DNA of 64,000 nt from an uncultured Gemmatimonadales bacterium (GCA_963708135.1 OY970192.1:2336001-2400000), one strand, 5' to 3'. Numbered from the stretch's first letter, positions 10,532 through 22,712 are shown. Notes: generated by a model not told the origin, from the sequence alone. Numbers and translations are program-made.

Positions 10532-11469
10532 TCCCGTTCCGAATCCATGGTGGCGCGCGCCAGGTGGTCAACCAGGCGGCGCGACAGCAGGCGCGCGGCC
10601 GCCGACTCCGGCAGCGCGAGGCGCTCCGCCGCCGCCGGCAGCAGGAGCCCGTCCGGGACCATGCCGATGACTTCCGTCTCGACGACGCGGCCCCCGTGCT
10701 CCGCCGCGAGTGCCTCGATGCGCCGGAACACGGCCAGCGGCGACGTCGCCCCGAGGTCCTCCAGGTTCATCGAGATCTGCACCGCCCGCCGCCGCGGCAG
10801 CTCCAGCCCCAGCGCTCGCAGGCCGCGGAACCCGCCGTCCCGCTCCCGGATCGTCCGCGCGATGCGTCGAGCCACCGCCACCGGAACATCCGCCAGAAAC
10901 ACGTTCCAGGCCAGCAGCAGCGCTCGCGCGCCGACGCACGTGGCGCCCGCCGTAGGGTGCGCGCCGGGATGCGGCCAGCCCGGGGGCACCAGATCCGGGG
11001 AGCGGTCGGGGGGCCAGCCGGGGTTGAGCGCTTCGAAGCCGCCCCTGCGCAGGGTCGCGAGCGAACGGCCGGGCGGCTCGGACGCCTGGCCGTAGAAGTA
11101 GACCGGGATCCCGAGCTCCTCCGCCAGCCGCCGCCCGACGCGCCGGGCACTGGCGCGGGCATCCTCCATTCCGAGGCCCACCAGCGGAACGAAGGGGAGG
11201 ACGTCGAGTGCGCCGATGCGCGGATGCAGCCCCTGGTGGCGCCGGAGGTCGATCTGCTCGAGCGCGACGGCGGCGGCCCGGACGCCCGCCTCCTCGACGA
11301 CCTGCGGGCTGCCCACGACCGTGACGACGGCGCGGTGGTGATCCGGGTCGGACGACCAGTCCAGAACGTCCGCCCCGGCGGCGCGCATCGCGTCCACGAT
11401 GGCCGAGATCGTCTCCGCGCTGCGCCCCTCGCTGAAGTTGGGCACCGCCTCCAGCAGGCGGGCGCTCAT
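10528..11469 (-). CDS. ftcD: glutamate formimidoyltransferase (formiminotransferase domain only)
   Basis: EAVPNFSEGR, DPDHHRAVVT, IDLRRHQGLHPRIGALDVLPF, QISMNL motifs. Start placed at ATG 11469. Confidence 0.9.
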   Translation of the reverse strand: MSARLLEAVPNFSEGRSAETISAIVDAMRAAGADVLDWSSDPDHHRAVVTVVGSPQVVEEAGVRAAAVALEQIDLRRHQGLHPRIGALDVLPFVPLVGLGMEDARASARRVGRRLAEELGIPVYFYGQASEPPGRSLATLRRGGFEALNPGWPPDRSPDLVPPGWPHPGAHPTAGATCVGARALLLAWNVFLADVPVAVARRIARTIRERDGGFRGLRALGLELPRRRAVQISMNLEDLGATSPLAVFRRIEALAAEHGGRVVETEVIGMVPDGLLLPAAAERLALPESAAARLLSRRLVDHLARATMDSERE

Positions 11470-11477
11470 CGGCGTCG

Positions 11478-11506
11478 AAGATACAGAGGGTCCATGTGTC
11501 TCACAA
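11478..11506 (-). promoter_or_regulatory. promoter directly upstream of ftcD (near-leaderless)
   Basis: TTGTGA (11506-11501), 17 nt, TATCTT (11483-11478), 8 nt, ATG. Confidence 0.55.
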
Positions 11507-11515
11507 GCGGATCGC

Positions 11516-12732
11516 TCACTCCACGCGCGCGCCGTTCTTCCAGACGCCGCGCACAAGGTTGACACCGTAGCGGTAGGCGATCTCGCGGTGGTCGGCGGTG
11601 GCCCAGAGGACGAGGTCCGCGGGCACGCCGGGGGCCACCGTGCCCCGGCCATCCTCCAGCCGTAGCGCGCGCGCGCCCGCGGCCGTGGCGGCCACCAGCG
11701 CCTCGAGCGGCTCGAACCCCATCTGCGAGCACGCCATGGTCATGACGAGCGCCAGGTTGGGGGAAGGCGAGGAGCCGGGATTGAAGTCGGTGGCCAGCGC
11801 CACCGTGGCGCCGCTGTCCAGCAGCCGCCGCCCGGGGGCGTAGTGGGTCTTGCCCAGGAAGAACAGGGTGCCCGGCAGCAGGGTGGCGACCGTAGCGGAG
11901 CGTGCGAGCGCCCGCACCCCTGCGTCCGTCACGGCGCCGAGATGGTCCGCCGAGGCGGCCCCGACCTCCACCGCGAGCTCGGCGCCGCCCGAGGGCTCCA
12001 GCTCATCGGCGTGCAGCTTCGGCACGAGGCCGTGATCCATGCCCGCCTCGAGGATCCGGCGCGTCTCCGCCGCGGTGAAGACGCCCGGCTCCATGAAAAC
12101 ATCGCAGAAGCGGGCGAGCCCCTCGGCCGCGACGGCCGGGATCATCTCCCGCACGAGCAACTCCACGTACTCGCCGCGGCGCCCGCCACGGTACTCGGGC
12201 GGGAGCTCGTGCGCCCCGAGGAACGTCGGCACCAGGTCGATCGGGCCCTCGGCCTCCAGGCGTTGAACGACCCGGAGCATCTTCAGCTCGTCCTCCGTGC
12301 GAAGCCCGTAGCCGCTCTTCACCTCGGCCGTCGTGGTGCCGTGGCGCAGCATCTCGCGCACCCGCGGCCGCGTCAGCTCGACCAGCTCGTCCTCGCTGCG
12401 CGTGCGCAGGTCCTTCACGGAGGCATTGATCCCGCCGCCGCGGCGCGCGATCTCCATGTACGGCACACCGCGGGCGCGGAGCGCGTACTCCGCCGCGCGC
12501 CACACGCCGAAGACGGCATGGGTGTGGGAGTCCACCAGTCCCGGGCTGACGACGCCGCCGCCGCAGCGCACGCGGTCCGCATCCGGATGGCGGGCGAGCA
12601 GCTCCCCGTCGGACGCCATATCCGTCACCACGCCGTCCTCCACGGCGAGGCCGGTGCCGTGAAGGACACCGCTCTCCGGACCCGCGGACCGGCCGGTCAC
12701 GAGCTGTCCGATGTCGGTGAAGATCGTGGTGC

Positions 12733-12736
<4 letters not shown>
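11516..12736 (-). CDS. hutI: imidazolonepropionase
   Basis: PGLVDSHTH, GGGINASV, EVKSGYGL, TFLGAHE, KLHADE, ATDFNPGSSP. GTG start overlaps the hutH stop. Confidence 0.95.
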
Positions 12737-14265
<1,529 letters not shown>

Positions 14266-14273
14266 GATGGGCG

Positions 14274-14302
14274 AAGATAGACCGGCCCGCGGAGGGCGAC
14301 AA
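14274..14302 (-). promoter_or_regulatory. promoter directly upstream of hutH (near-leaderless)
   Basis: TTGTCG (14302-14297), 17 nt, TATCTT (14279-14274), 8 nt, ATG. Confidence 0.5.
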
Positions 14303-14368
14303 GCGCACCCCGCGGGCAGGGGAGAAGGCGCCGCCGGCCGCGCCGCACGGCCTGGCCGGGCGAACGGC

Positions 14369-17300
14369 TCAAGACGGGGGCAGACCCCGGCGGTACGAGT
14401 TGCCGCCCAGGTCGCGGTAGTCGAACTTGAGGTCGGGGTTGGCGCGCAGGTTCACCCTGAACTGGAAGCTGAAGTTCCCGTTCTGCGCCTTCACGAAGTC
14501 GAAGTGTGCCTCCCACTCGTGGAGGTCGCGCGTGAGCGTCAGGACGTGGTCCAGGAAGCCGTGGTCGCTGAAGGAGTAGCCGGTGCGCCACGTGACGTTC
14601 CAGTGCTCCGTCGGCTGCAGGGTGAGGTTGGCCTGCAGCGTCTGGGTCCCGACGCCGCCCTCGCGCGGGCGGAGCATCGAGTAGTTGAGCGAGGCGCGCC
14701 AGCCGCCGATCGGCCCGGAGCGCTGCGCGAGCCCGAGCTGGTCGGCCTGCGCGCTGGACTGGCCCACGATGGAGAGCCCCTGCTGCGCCGAGATCGCCTG
14801 CGCGCTCGTGTCCGCCGGCGTGGCCGCCTGCTGGACCGGCTTCTTCACGTCCTTGGCGGGGCCGAGCCCGAGAGTCCGGAAGAGCCACGAGTTGCCGTCC
14901 AGCGAGAACGACATGCTCACATTGCTCAGGTGCGGATCGAAAATCTTGCCGTGCGGCGCCGTGGTGTCCGACCGGAACAGGTCCTGCCCGAGAGAGAGGG
15001 AGAGGCCGGGCAGCAGGTCGGAGCGCACCGTGTTCGTCAGGGTGGTATTGCCATCGAAGAAGCCAAAGGGGACGCGGCGTCCCAGGCGCTGAGATGCCAG
15101 CGTGTCCGTCACGAAGTTGTACGCCACGGCGCTCGTGGTCAGCTCGAGCAGCTTCATCTTGCGGGACTGCTCGAGGTGGCGCGGTTCGCCGGGGGTCCCC
15201 AGGTCCGCGGTGTCCTGGGCCACGGTGTCCGGCGCCAGTGTATCCCCCGCCTCCTTCGCCTTCTCCTTGAACTTGGCCTCGATCGACTGAGAGATCCCGA
15301 TCGAGATGGCGTTGACCTGCCGGATCGAGAGGCCGGACGCCCCGAAGACGCTGTCCTGCAGGGGACTGATCGAGCCCGGCGACGGCGCCGGCGAGTAGTT
15401 GTAGCTGAGAGTCGGGCTCACGCGGTGGCGGATCCGGCTGAACGGGCCGAAGCCCGGCCAGAAGCCGTAGACGCTGGTGGCCAGGCCGGCGCCGAAGTTG
15501 AGGCGCAGCGGCGCGGAGACGAGCTGTCCGTGCGAGACGTCGTTGCGGACCGCCTGCCCCTGGAGCGCCAGCTGCGGCGTGAGGGTCGTGCTGCCGATGA
15601 GCTGCTGCTGGTAGTTGATCGAGGTGCTCCAGGTCAGCCGGTCCTGGAGCTGCCCCGCCAGCGCCGTGTCCGGCAGCTCGACGCCCACCGAATCATAGAG
15701 GGGACGGCTGAGCCGGGTGCTCTTGTCGAGGTTCGCGGTCTGCGAGAGCGAGAAGGAGCCCACCCGCAGCGAGGTGTTCGCGCTGGCGCTCAGCGCGCGG
15801 GCGTCCTGCGCGCCGGGGTGCGCCGCGAAGTTGCTGTTGTCGGTCTTCGACCACCGCGCGCTGGCGTTTCCCGTCAGCGTCATGTTGTTGTACCAGCTGT
15901 TGTGCAACCCGGGCGCCGCGAAGAGCGTGACCGGCGAGAGGTTGAGGCCCACGCTCGGCAGCGTCCAGTCAACCTTGTCCTGCGTGACCGACTGGCGGCG
16001 CGAGAGCTGGAGATTGACCGAGCCCCAGTCGAAGCGGCGGTTGAGGCCGGCGTTCGAGGTGATGTCGCGGTTCAGCTCGGTCGGATCGAAGGACTGCTGC
16101 TGCACGAACTGGCTGGACGAGGCATAGGTCCCGTCCACGCGCACCTGCGTCCGCTCGTCCGGCTGCCAGCTGTTGCTGGCGTTCACCGTCAGCTCGCTGC
16201 CGCCCTCCTGCTTCCAGTAGCGCTGCAGCGTGATGGAGCCATCGAGGAACTGCCGCAGCCACTTGTAGTCGAAGCTGCCACGCAGCGCCGTGTAGTTGTT
16301 GCTGAACCAGTCGACCGCCAGCTCGCTTCCGAGATGGTCGCTGATCGCCCAGTAGAAGCCGAGATTGCTGAGCCGCCGGTTGTAGCTCTGCCTGGTGCGC
16401 GCGATGTCGTTGATGTCGAAGCGCGGCATGAGGAGCCCGCTGCGCCGTCCCTGCTTGGTGCTCTGCATCATGAACGGCAGCCAGAAGACGGGCACGTCCG
16501 CGAAGCTGAGCGTGACGTTCCGGGCCACCAGCACGTCGTTCTTGATGATCTTGACCTCGTGCGCCGTGAAGTGGTAGTGAGGCACCTCGAGGTTGCAGTC
16601 GGTGAACTCGGCGTTCTTGCCGTAGAGCAGCTGGTCGCCGACGGGATAGACGTCGCCGTGGACGTACCAGGTGCCCTGCTCGCTGAACTGCGTGCGCGCG
16701 CCCCGGGCCAGCCCGATCTTCCGGTTCACGTCGTAGCATACCTGCTCGCTCTGCACCGGCGCGCTCTGCCCGGCGCCGGTCAGCACCGGCTTGCCGTAGC
16801 CGCACGCCACGGACGTGTCCAGGTTGTAGACCAGCATCGAGTCCGCGGCCATGGCCTGCGTGCCCTGCGCCACCTGCGCCGGCCCCTTCAGCACCAGACG
16901 CGCGCTATCGGCCCGGTAGCGGGCCTCCGAGCCCGAGTACACGGCGGCGCTGTAGCCGGGGATCTTCAGGAGCTCGTCCATGATGGAGTCGCGGGCGATC
17001 GGCTGCGGGGTGTTGCCGCCCCCACCCCCGGGCGCCGCCGGGAGAGCCGGCGTCGCGCGCGCCTGCTGCGCCGCGGCGGCGGCCGCGGAGTCCTGGCGAA
17101 CCCGCACGCTGTCGGGCGTGGTATCGCGCCGCTCCAGCAGCTGCAGCTTGTCGAGGAGCAGCTCGCGCGTGGTCTTCGGCTTCGAGGTGTCGGACACCGC
17201 CGGCCGCACGGCCGTGTCGGGCCGCGGGGTCCGTCGCACCGTATCCGCCCGGACAGGCGTGGGCTGCTGCGCGGCGAGCGGAGCCGCCGCGGCCAGGGCG

Positions 17301-17392
17301 ATGCCGACGGCGAGGGCGGCACGCCGCGCGGCGGCCGCGGGCAGGACCCACGGCCGCCGGCGCTCGCGGCCCGTGCGCGGAGCGCTCCTCAT
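14369..17392 (-). CDS. lptD: putative LPS-assembly outer membrane protein (LptD-like, ~1007 aa)
   Basis: Signal peptide (APLAA-QQ), FTDCNLEVPHYHF, VPVFWLPF, RRSGLLMP, beta-barrel C-terminus (RDLHEW...FSFQFRV). ATGA overlap with tatC. Confidence 0.8.
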   Translation of the reverse strand: MRSAPRTGRERRRPWVLPAAAARRAALAVGIALAAAAPLAAQQPTPVRADTVRRTPRPDTAVRPAVSDTSKPKTTRELLLDKLQLLERRDTTPDSVRVRQDSAAAAAAQQARATPALPAAPGGGGGNTPQPIARDSIMDELLKIPGYSAAVYSGSEARYRADSARLVLKGPAQVAQGTQAMAADSMLVYNLDTSVACGYGKPVLTGAGQSAPVQSEQVCYDVNRKIGLARGARTQFSEQGTWYVHGDVYPVGDQLLYGKNAEFTDCNLEVPHYHFTAHEVKIIKNDVLVARNVTLSFADVPVFWLPFMMQSTKQGRRSGLLMPRFDINDIARTRQSYNRRLSNLGFYWAISDHLGSELAVDWFSNNYTALRGSFDYKWLRQFLDGSITLQRYWKQEGGSELTVNASNSWQPDERTQVRVDGTYASSSQFVQQQSFDPTELNRDITSNAGLNRRFDWGSVNLQLSRRQSVTQDKVDWTLPSVGLNLSPVTLFAAPGLHNSWYNNMTLTGNASARWSKTDNSNFAAHPGAQDARALSASANTSLRVGSFSLSQTANLDKSTRLSRPLYDSVGVELPDTALAGQLQDRLTWSTSINYQQQLIGSTTLTPQLALQGQAVRNDVSHGQLVSAPLRLNFGAGLATSVYGFWPGFGPFSRIRHRVSPTLSYNYSPAPSPGSISPLQDSVFGASGLSIRQVNAISIGISQSIEAKFKEKAKEAGDTLAPDTVAQDTADLGTPGEPRHLEQSRKMKLLELTTSAVAYNFVTDTLASQRLGRRVPFGFFDGNTTLTNTVRSDLLPGLSLSLGQDLFRSDTTAPHGKIFDPHLSNVSMSFSLDGNSWLFRTLGLGPAKDVKKPVQQAATPADTSAQAISAQQGLSIVGQSSAQADQLGLAQRSGPIGGWRASLNYSMLRPREGGVGTQTLQANLTLQPTEHWNVTWRTGYSFSDHGFLDHVLTLTRDLHEWEAHFDFVKAQNGNFSFQFRVNLRANPDLKFDYRDLGGNSYRRGLPPS

Positions 17393-18192
17393 ATCCCCTC
17401 CGGCAGCCCCTGCGCGGCCTCGCGCGCCGCGGCCGCCGCCTCCCTCTTCCGCCGCCGCCGCTCGACCAGCCGGGCGAGGGCGATGCTCATCTCGTAGAGG
17501 AGCATCAGCGGCGCCATGAGGAAGACGGTGAGGGAGACCGCGTCTCCCGGCGTCAGGACGCTGGCCACCACGGCGGTGATGGCGATCGCATAGCGGCGCA
17601 TGGCCACCAGCATCCGGGAGCTCACGATGCCGAGGGTGGAGAGGATCAGCACCACGACCGGCAGCTCGAAGATGGCGCCGAAGCCGATGATCAACTGGAG
17701 GACGAAGCCGAGGTAGGAGTCGATGACGATGTTCTGCTCGAGGCTGCCGGTCTGGAAGCCCATCATGAAGCGGAGCGTGAGCGGCAGCGCGCCGAAGTAG
17801 GCCAGCGATGCCCCCGCGAGGAACAGCACGAGCCCGAGGTAGAGCGCGGGCAGGATCGATCGCTTCTCGTGCCCGTGGAGCGCCGGCGAGACGAAGGCCC
17901 AGACCTGATAGAGCACCACCGGGAACGCGAGCAGCAGACCGACGGTGATGGCCAGCCTGATCGTGATGAAGAAGGGATCCGCGGGGCTCAGGTACTTCAG
18001 CCTCGTGCCGCCGAGGAAGGGGCGGATCGGGGCGATGAGGACGCCCAGGACATCGAACCGGTTGACGAGGTAGAAGCCGACGAGCGTGCCCACCAGCACC
18101 GCCGCCAGGCTCCACAGGATCCGCCAGCGCAGCTCTTCCAGGTGGTCCAGGAAGGGCATCTCATCGGGGGAGGCTCCCCGCTTGAACTTCAT
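17389..18192 (-). CDS. tatC: twin-arginine translocase TatC
   Basis: EMPFLDHLEELRWR, YQVWAFVSPAL, FELP, LLYEMSI motifs. Alternative TTG start at 18201. Confidence 0.95.
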   Translation of the reverse strand: MKFKRGASPDEMPFLDHLEELRWRILWSLAAVLVGTLVGFYLVNRFDVLGVLIAPIRPFLGGTRLKYLSPADPFFITIRLAITVGLLLAFPVVLYQVWAFVSPALHGHEKRSILPALYLGLVLFLAGASLAYFGALPLTLRFMMGFQTGSLEQNIVIDSYLGFVLQLIIGFGAIFELPVVVLILSTLGIVSSRMLVAMRRYAIAITAVVASVLTPGDAVSLTVFLMAPLMLLYEMSIALARLVERRRRKREAAAAAREAAQGLPEGI

Positions 18193-18197
18193 ATCGA

Positions 18198-18695
18198 TCA
18201 AAGAGGCAGCTCGGCCTGGCCCTCGTTCTGCGCCGCCCGGGCGCGACGGGCGCTCAGGTCACGAAGTTCCTCATAGAACTCATCCAGGTCCTGAAAGTTC
18301 CGGTAAACCGAGGCGAATCGGACGTAGGCGACGTGGTCGAGCGACTTCAGCCGCTCCATGACCATCTCGCCCAGGACGCGGCTCTCCACCTCCTCCTCCG
18401 CCAGCTGCGAGAGCTCGTCCTCGATGCCATCCACCACCGATTCGATCTCCGACTGCTGGATCGGCCGCTTGGCGCACGCGAGCCGCACGGACCGCAGCAG
18501 CTTGCGGCGATCGTACGGCTCGGAGGCGCCATCGCGCTTGAGCACGTGGACCGCGCGGTCCTCCACGTACTCGTAGGTGGTGAAGCGGCGGCTGCACGTC
18601 AGGCACTCGCGGCGGCGCCGGATGGCCCGGCCCTCGCGGCTCGTGCGCGAGTCGACCACCCGATCCTCGGTCCCGTGACAGTAGGGGCAGCGCAT
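18198..18695 (-). CDS. nrdR: transcriptional repressor NrdR
   Basis: MRCPYC...DSR...IRRRREC..C.RRFTTYE zinc ribbon, ATP cone, AYVRFASVY. Confidence 0.96.
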   Translation of the reverse strand: MRCPYCHGTEDRVVDSRTSREGRAIRRRRECLTCSRRFTTYEYVEDRAVHVLKRDGASEPYDRRKLLRSVRLACAKRPIQQSEIESVVDGIEDELSQLAEEEVESRVLGEMVMERLKSLDHVAYVRFASVYRNFQDLDEFYEELRDLSARRARAAQNEGQAELPL

Positions 18696-18708
18696 GGCGG
18701 CGCCATCC

Positions 18709-19494
18709 TCAGCGCTTCAGGCGCCTGAGCTTCGCGGCGGCCTCGGTCGCCTCGTCCGACTTCGGGTAGCGGGCCCGCACGCGCTCGAAGTAGTCGCGGG
18801 CCTTCTTCGCGCTGCCGTGCTCCTGGGCCACCACCCCCGCGCGCAGGAGCGCCGCCGGAGCGCGCGGGGAGCTGGGGTAGAGCTCCACCACCTGGTCGAA
18901 GGCGGCGTAGGCGGAGTCGTACTTCTGATCGAGCACGTACGTTTCCGCCAGGCCGAACTGGGCGTCGGGCGCACGGGCATCGTTCGGGTAGCTCTCGAGC
19001 AATTGCTGGAAGGCCTTCCGCGCCGTGGCGGCGGCGCCCTTCTGCAGCTGGTCCGCGCCCAGCTGGTAGAGCACGTCCGGCCCGGGCGTGCCGGCCGGCG
19101 GCGGCGCGACATTGCGCGGGGCGCCGCCAGTCGTGTCCCCGGGCAGCGGCTCCTGCAGCCGCTCCCGGTTGGCCTCCATCTGCTGGTTGAGATCCTGGAG
19201 CCGGCGCTGGCTCTGGCCGACCAGCTCCTGGATCTGGACCAGCTGCTGCTCGAGATCCAGCAGCTGGTGCCCCAGATCGCCGCGCACCCGCACCAGCAGG
19301 TCCGTGCCGGCGCGCACCGAGTCGAGCAGCATGGCCTGGCGCCTCTCGGCCACCCGCGCGAGCGAATCCTGCTTGGCATCCAGCACGGCGATCTGGGCGC
19401 GCAGGTCCCGCACGTCGCGCTTGGTCGCGCACCCGGCGAGGGCCGCCGCGCCCAGGAAGAGCGCGAGCGGCCGCACGATGCGGGTCTCGATCAC
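18709..19494 (-). CDS. cpoB: Tol-Pal associated lipoprotein CpoB/YbgF
   Basis: Lipobox LAGC, coiled coil, C-terminal TPRs; follows pal. Confidence 0.85.
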   Translation of the reverse strand: MIETRIVRPLALFLGAAALAGCATKRDVRDLRAQIAVLDAKQDSLARVAERRQAMLLDSVRAGTDLLVRVRGDLGHQLLDLEQQLVQIQELVGQSQRRLQDLNQQMEANRERLQEPLPGDTTGGAPRNVAPPPAGTPGPDVLYQLGADQLQKGAAATARKAFQQLLESYPNDARAPDAQFGLAETYVLDQKYDSAYAAFDQVVELYPSSPRAPAALLRAGVVAQEHGSAKKARDYFERVRARYPKSDEATEAAAKLRRLKR

Positions 19495-20084
19495 CGCCCG
19501 CCCCCGGGCATGGTCAGCTGCTCACCACCGCTGGTCACCTGGAACACGTCACGGCGATTGCGGGCGTAGGCCGTCTCGTCGTGGCCGGGGTCCGCCGGCC
19601 GCTCCTCGCCCCAGCTCTCCGTCTGGATCCTCGAGCCATCGATGCCGAAGCCCGTGATGTAGGCCTTGGCCGCCTCGGCGCGCCGCTGCCCGAGCGCGAG
19701 GTTGTACTCGGTCGAGCCGCGCTCGTCCGCGTTCCCGGCAACGAGCACGTGCACATCGGGGTTCGCCCGCAGGACGGCGACCTTCTGGTCCAGCGTCGCC
19801 TTCGCGTCATCGCGGATGTCGGACTGGTCGTAGTCGAAGTAGATCTCCTGCGACAGCACGTCGCGGGCACGCTGCGCGGCCGCCGCGGCGGCGCGAGCGG
19901 CCTCCTCGTCCCTCTGCCGGCGCGCGGCCTCGGCGCGCGCGATCGAGTCCGCCCTGGCCCGCGCGTTGGCCGCGGCGGTGTCGGGCGCCTGCGGGGCGGG
20001 CGTGGGGGGTGGCGCCTTCTTGCCGCAGGCGCCCACGGTGAGGGCCGTCAGAAGCACGGTAAGCACGACTCGGCGGTCCATCAT
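19491..20084 (-). CDS. pal: peptidoglycan-associated lipoprotein
   Basis: Lipobox VGAC, IYFDYDQS, GNADERGSTEYNLALGQRRA, RNRR OmpA-like domain. Confidence 0.93.
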   Translation of the reverse strand: MMDRRVVLTVLLTALTVGACGKKAPPPTPAPQAPDTAAANARARADSIARAEAARRQRDEEAARAAAAAAQRARDVLSQEIYFDYDQSDIRDDAKATLDQKVAVLRANPDVHVLVAGNADERGSTEYNLALGQRRAEAAKAYITGFGIDGSRIQTESWGEERPADPGHDETAYARNRRDVFQVTSGGEQLTMPGGGR

Positions 20085-20120
20085 CGGATCTCCTCGAGTT
20101 GGGGGTGGTTTCGAGACTGC

Positions 20121-21503
20121 TCACGGCCCGGCCGCCCCTGCCACTCCGCCCGCCAGCGAAGGCGACCAGGCCGGCACGCGATACCGGCCTCCGAGAAGGA
20201 GGGGGCGCTGCCGCCCGGTGATCGTGTCGATAACATACAGCCCCGCCCCCCCCTCGCGCACCCCGGTAAAAACGAGGTGCCGGCCGTCGGCCGCCCAGCT
20301 CGGGTCCGTGCTGCGGCCGGCCGCCGTGATCTGGCGGACCGTGGAGCCCGGATGGTCGGCGTCCGCGATCATGATCTGGTACTCGCCCCGGGAGCGGCCG
20401 TGGAAGGCGACCCGTGCCCCTTCGGGGGACCAGTCGGGGCCCGCGTATTCGCCCGGCTCGCCGTACGTGTACGGCGAGATCAGGTCCGGCTCGCCGCCTC
20501 CGGCGGGCATGACGTAGATGTGGAGCTGCCCGATGCGGTCCGAGTTGAACGCGATCCGCCGCCCGTCCGGCGAGTAGGCCGGGGAGAGGTCCTCACGCAC
20601 GCCGGAGGTGAGGCGGCGCAGGCAGCAGCGCTGCCTCACGTCGTAGTCGTCGATCTCGGTGCCCCGCCCGTTCCACGAGGCGAAGGCGAGGCGCCCGCCG
20701 TCCGGGGAATAGGCGGGCGTGAGCAGGAGCTGGTCGCGGCTGATCAGGACGCTGGCCCTGCCGGTGCGCATGTCCCGCTCGAGCAGGTCCCAGTGGCCGC
20801 CCTTGCCGCGCAGGTAGGCCAGCCGCGCGCCGTCGGGGGACCACGCCGGCGACATGAGCACCGAGGGGGAGGACGCCACGACACGCGAATCCTCGCCGTC
20901 GGAGTCCACCGTCACGATCTCGTAGGTGCAGCCCTCCCCCTCCCTGGCGCAGGAGGCCGGGCCGCGCCGGCGGACGAAGGCGATTCGCGATGCCGCCATG
21001 CCCGGCTTGCCCGTGGCCCAGAGGACAACGGCGTCGGAGGCGCGGTGCACGGCCATCCGGAAGTCGGGCGACTGCGCGGGCGGCAGAGGGAAGTTCCCGG
21101 CCTGCTTGACGGTGCCGTAGACAATGTCGTAGAGGGCGACGTGGAGCTGATCGCCGCCGGTGGGCGCTGGGACGACGTCGCCGGTCACGAGGTAGACCAC
21201 ACCGAGGCTGTTCCAGGCCTTGAAGTCCACGGCCCCGGAGGCGAGGGCGGCCGGCACCATCTCCTGCAGCTGGAATCGGTCGCTGAAGTCGAGGTCCTGC
21301 CGCAGGATCGCGGTGGCCTCGGTCGCCGTCGCGGCGATCTCGGGGCGCCCACCGACGGGGCGGACCGCGATCTCCGGGCGCGGCAGCGGCTGGTAGGTGA
21401 GGCCCAGCCGGACGCCGGTCGGGACCTTGCTCGTGTCCTGCTGCGCCGCCGCGGGCGCGGCGGCCAGGATGAGGAGAGCCAGGAAAATCAGACTGCGCCG
21501 CAT
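20121..21503 (-). CDS. tolB: TolB periplasmic beta-propeller
   Basis: Signal peptide from ATG 21503 and repeated PAWSPDG/PAYSPDG (PD40) motifs; lies between tolA-like and pal. Confidence 0.88.
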   Translation of the reverse strand: MRRSLIFLALLILAAAPAAAQQDTSKVPTGVRLGLTYQPLPRPEIAVRPVGGRPEIAATATEATAILRQDLDFSDRFQLQEMVPAALASGAVDFKAWNSLGVVYLVTGDVVPAPTGGDQLHVALYDIVYGTVKQAGNFPLPPAQSPDFRMAVHRASDAVVLWATGKPGMAASRIAFVRRRGPASCAREGEGCTYEIVTVDSDGEDSRVVASSPSVLMSPAWSPDGARLAYLRGKGGHWDLLERDMRTGRASVLISRDQLLLTPAYSPDGGRLAFASWNGRGTEIDDYDVRQRCCLRRLTSGVREDLSPAYSPDGRRIAFNSDRIGQLHIYVMPAGGGEPDLISPYTYGEPGEYAGPDWSPEGARVAFHGRSRGEYQIMIADADHPGSTVRQITAAGRSTDPSWAADGRHLVFTGVREGGAGLYVIDTITGRQRPLLLGGRYRVPAWSPSLAGGVAGAAGP

Positions 21504-21526
21504 CGTTCGCTCGCGTGCCGCCGGCA

Positions 21527-22279
21527 TCAGCGCGGCGGCTGGAAGTAGAAGCTGATCGGCAGCTCCGTGCCCTTGAACCCCTTCGGCAGCGGCCCGAACT
21601 CCTTCCGCTTGCCGGCGGCCTCGACGGCCCCCTGCGCCTGCAGGTCGAAGGCGTAGTTGCCGGAGCTGGTGAGCACCCGGATATCCTTCACGCTGCCGTC
21701 CTTCTCGATGACGAAGTATACCTCGGCGGACAGGGCCGCCGCGCCGTTCCATCGGAAATAGCGGCTGATCTGGAAGATGATGTTCTGCAGGTACGCCGGG
21801 TAGGCGAATTCCTCGCCCTCCATGTGGACCATGATCCCGGAGCCGTGTTCCGGCGCGTTCGGGTCCGGGTGCGCGCCCCGGGTGGGCGCGGCCGCTTTCG
21901 GCTGCGAGCTCTTCTCCGCCTTCTTCGGGGGCGCCTCGGTCGCGCGCACGGTGTGCGCCTTGGCCGCCGGTGCCGGCGCCGGCTTCTCCACCTTGGGTGC
22001 CGGCTTCGGCGGGGCCGGCTTCTCGACCTTCGGCGCCGCGGGCTGCGGCGGCGCCAGCTCGGTCGCCATGCCCAGCGCCTGCGGCGGCGGCGAGACGATG
22101 TTCACGCGGTACACCAGGAAGTTGGCCGGCGGCGGTGCCGGGGTGCGGCTGCCGGCCCAGACAGCCGCGCCGAGGAGGGCCAGGTGGAGCGCGACCGACC
22201 CGGCGAGCGCCGCCCGCCCCGGGCCGGGACGCGGGACCGCCGCGGGCAGGTCCGTGCCGGGTGAGGACGCGAGCCGCAC
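21527..22279 (-). CDS. TolA/TonB-family energy transducer
   Basis: TM helix with SVALH motif, Pro/Lys-rich linker, TonB-C-like domain (SSGNYAFDLQA). Confidence 0.8.
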   Translation of the reverse strand: MRLASSPGTDLPAAVPRPGPGRAALAGSVALHLALLGAAVWAGSRTPAPPPANFLVYRVNIVSPPPQALGMATELAPPQPAAPKVEKPAPPKPAPKVEKPAPAPAAKAHTVRATEAPPKKAEKSSQPKAAAPTRGAHPDPNAPEHGSGIMVHMEGEEFAYPAYLQNIIFQISRYFRWNGAAALSAEVYFVIEKDGSVKDIRVLTSSGNYAFDLQAQGAVEAAGKRKEFGPLPKGFKGTELPISFYFQPPR

Positions 22280-22280
22280 G

Positions 22281-22712
22281 CTACTTGCCCTTCTGCTGCA
22301 CCGGCTCGGCGACGAGCCCGACCTCCGCCACGTCCAGCTTCTTCATCATCCCGAGCACCTCCAGGACCCGCCCGTAGGGGACCCGCTCATCCCCCTTCAG
22401 GTAGGCCTGGTGGATGTCGTTCTGGCGCACGAAGCGGGGATAGACCTGGCGAAACTCCTCGGGCGTGGAGACCGGCACGTCCGCGATGTAGATCCTGCCG
22501 TCGGCGCGCACGCTGACGATCACGCCCTGCCTGGCCGGTACGGCGGCCGCCTCCGCCCTGGGGAGCTGCACGTCAATGCCACCCTGCAGGATGGGCGCAG
22601 TGATCATGAAGATGATCAACAGCACCAGCGCCACGTCCACGAGGTTGGTGAGGTTGATGTCGGCGTTCAGCGCGAGCGCCTCGCGGCGGCCGCGTCGCCT
22701 CGAAAAGCGCAT
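22281..22712 (-). CDS. tolR: TolR/ExbD biopolymer transport protein
   Basis: INLTNLVDVALVLLIIFMITAP, LKGDERVPYG. Confidence 0.88.
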   Translation of the reverse strand: MRFSRRRGRREALALNADINLTNLVDVALVLLIIFMITAPILQGGIDVQLPRAEAAAVPARQGVIVSVRADGRIYIADVPVSTPEEFRQVYPRFVRQNDIHQAYLKGDERVPYGRVLEVLGMMKKLDVAEVGLVAEPVQQKGK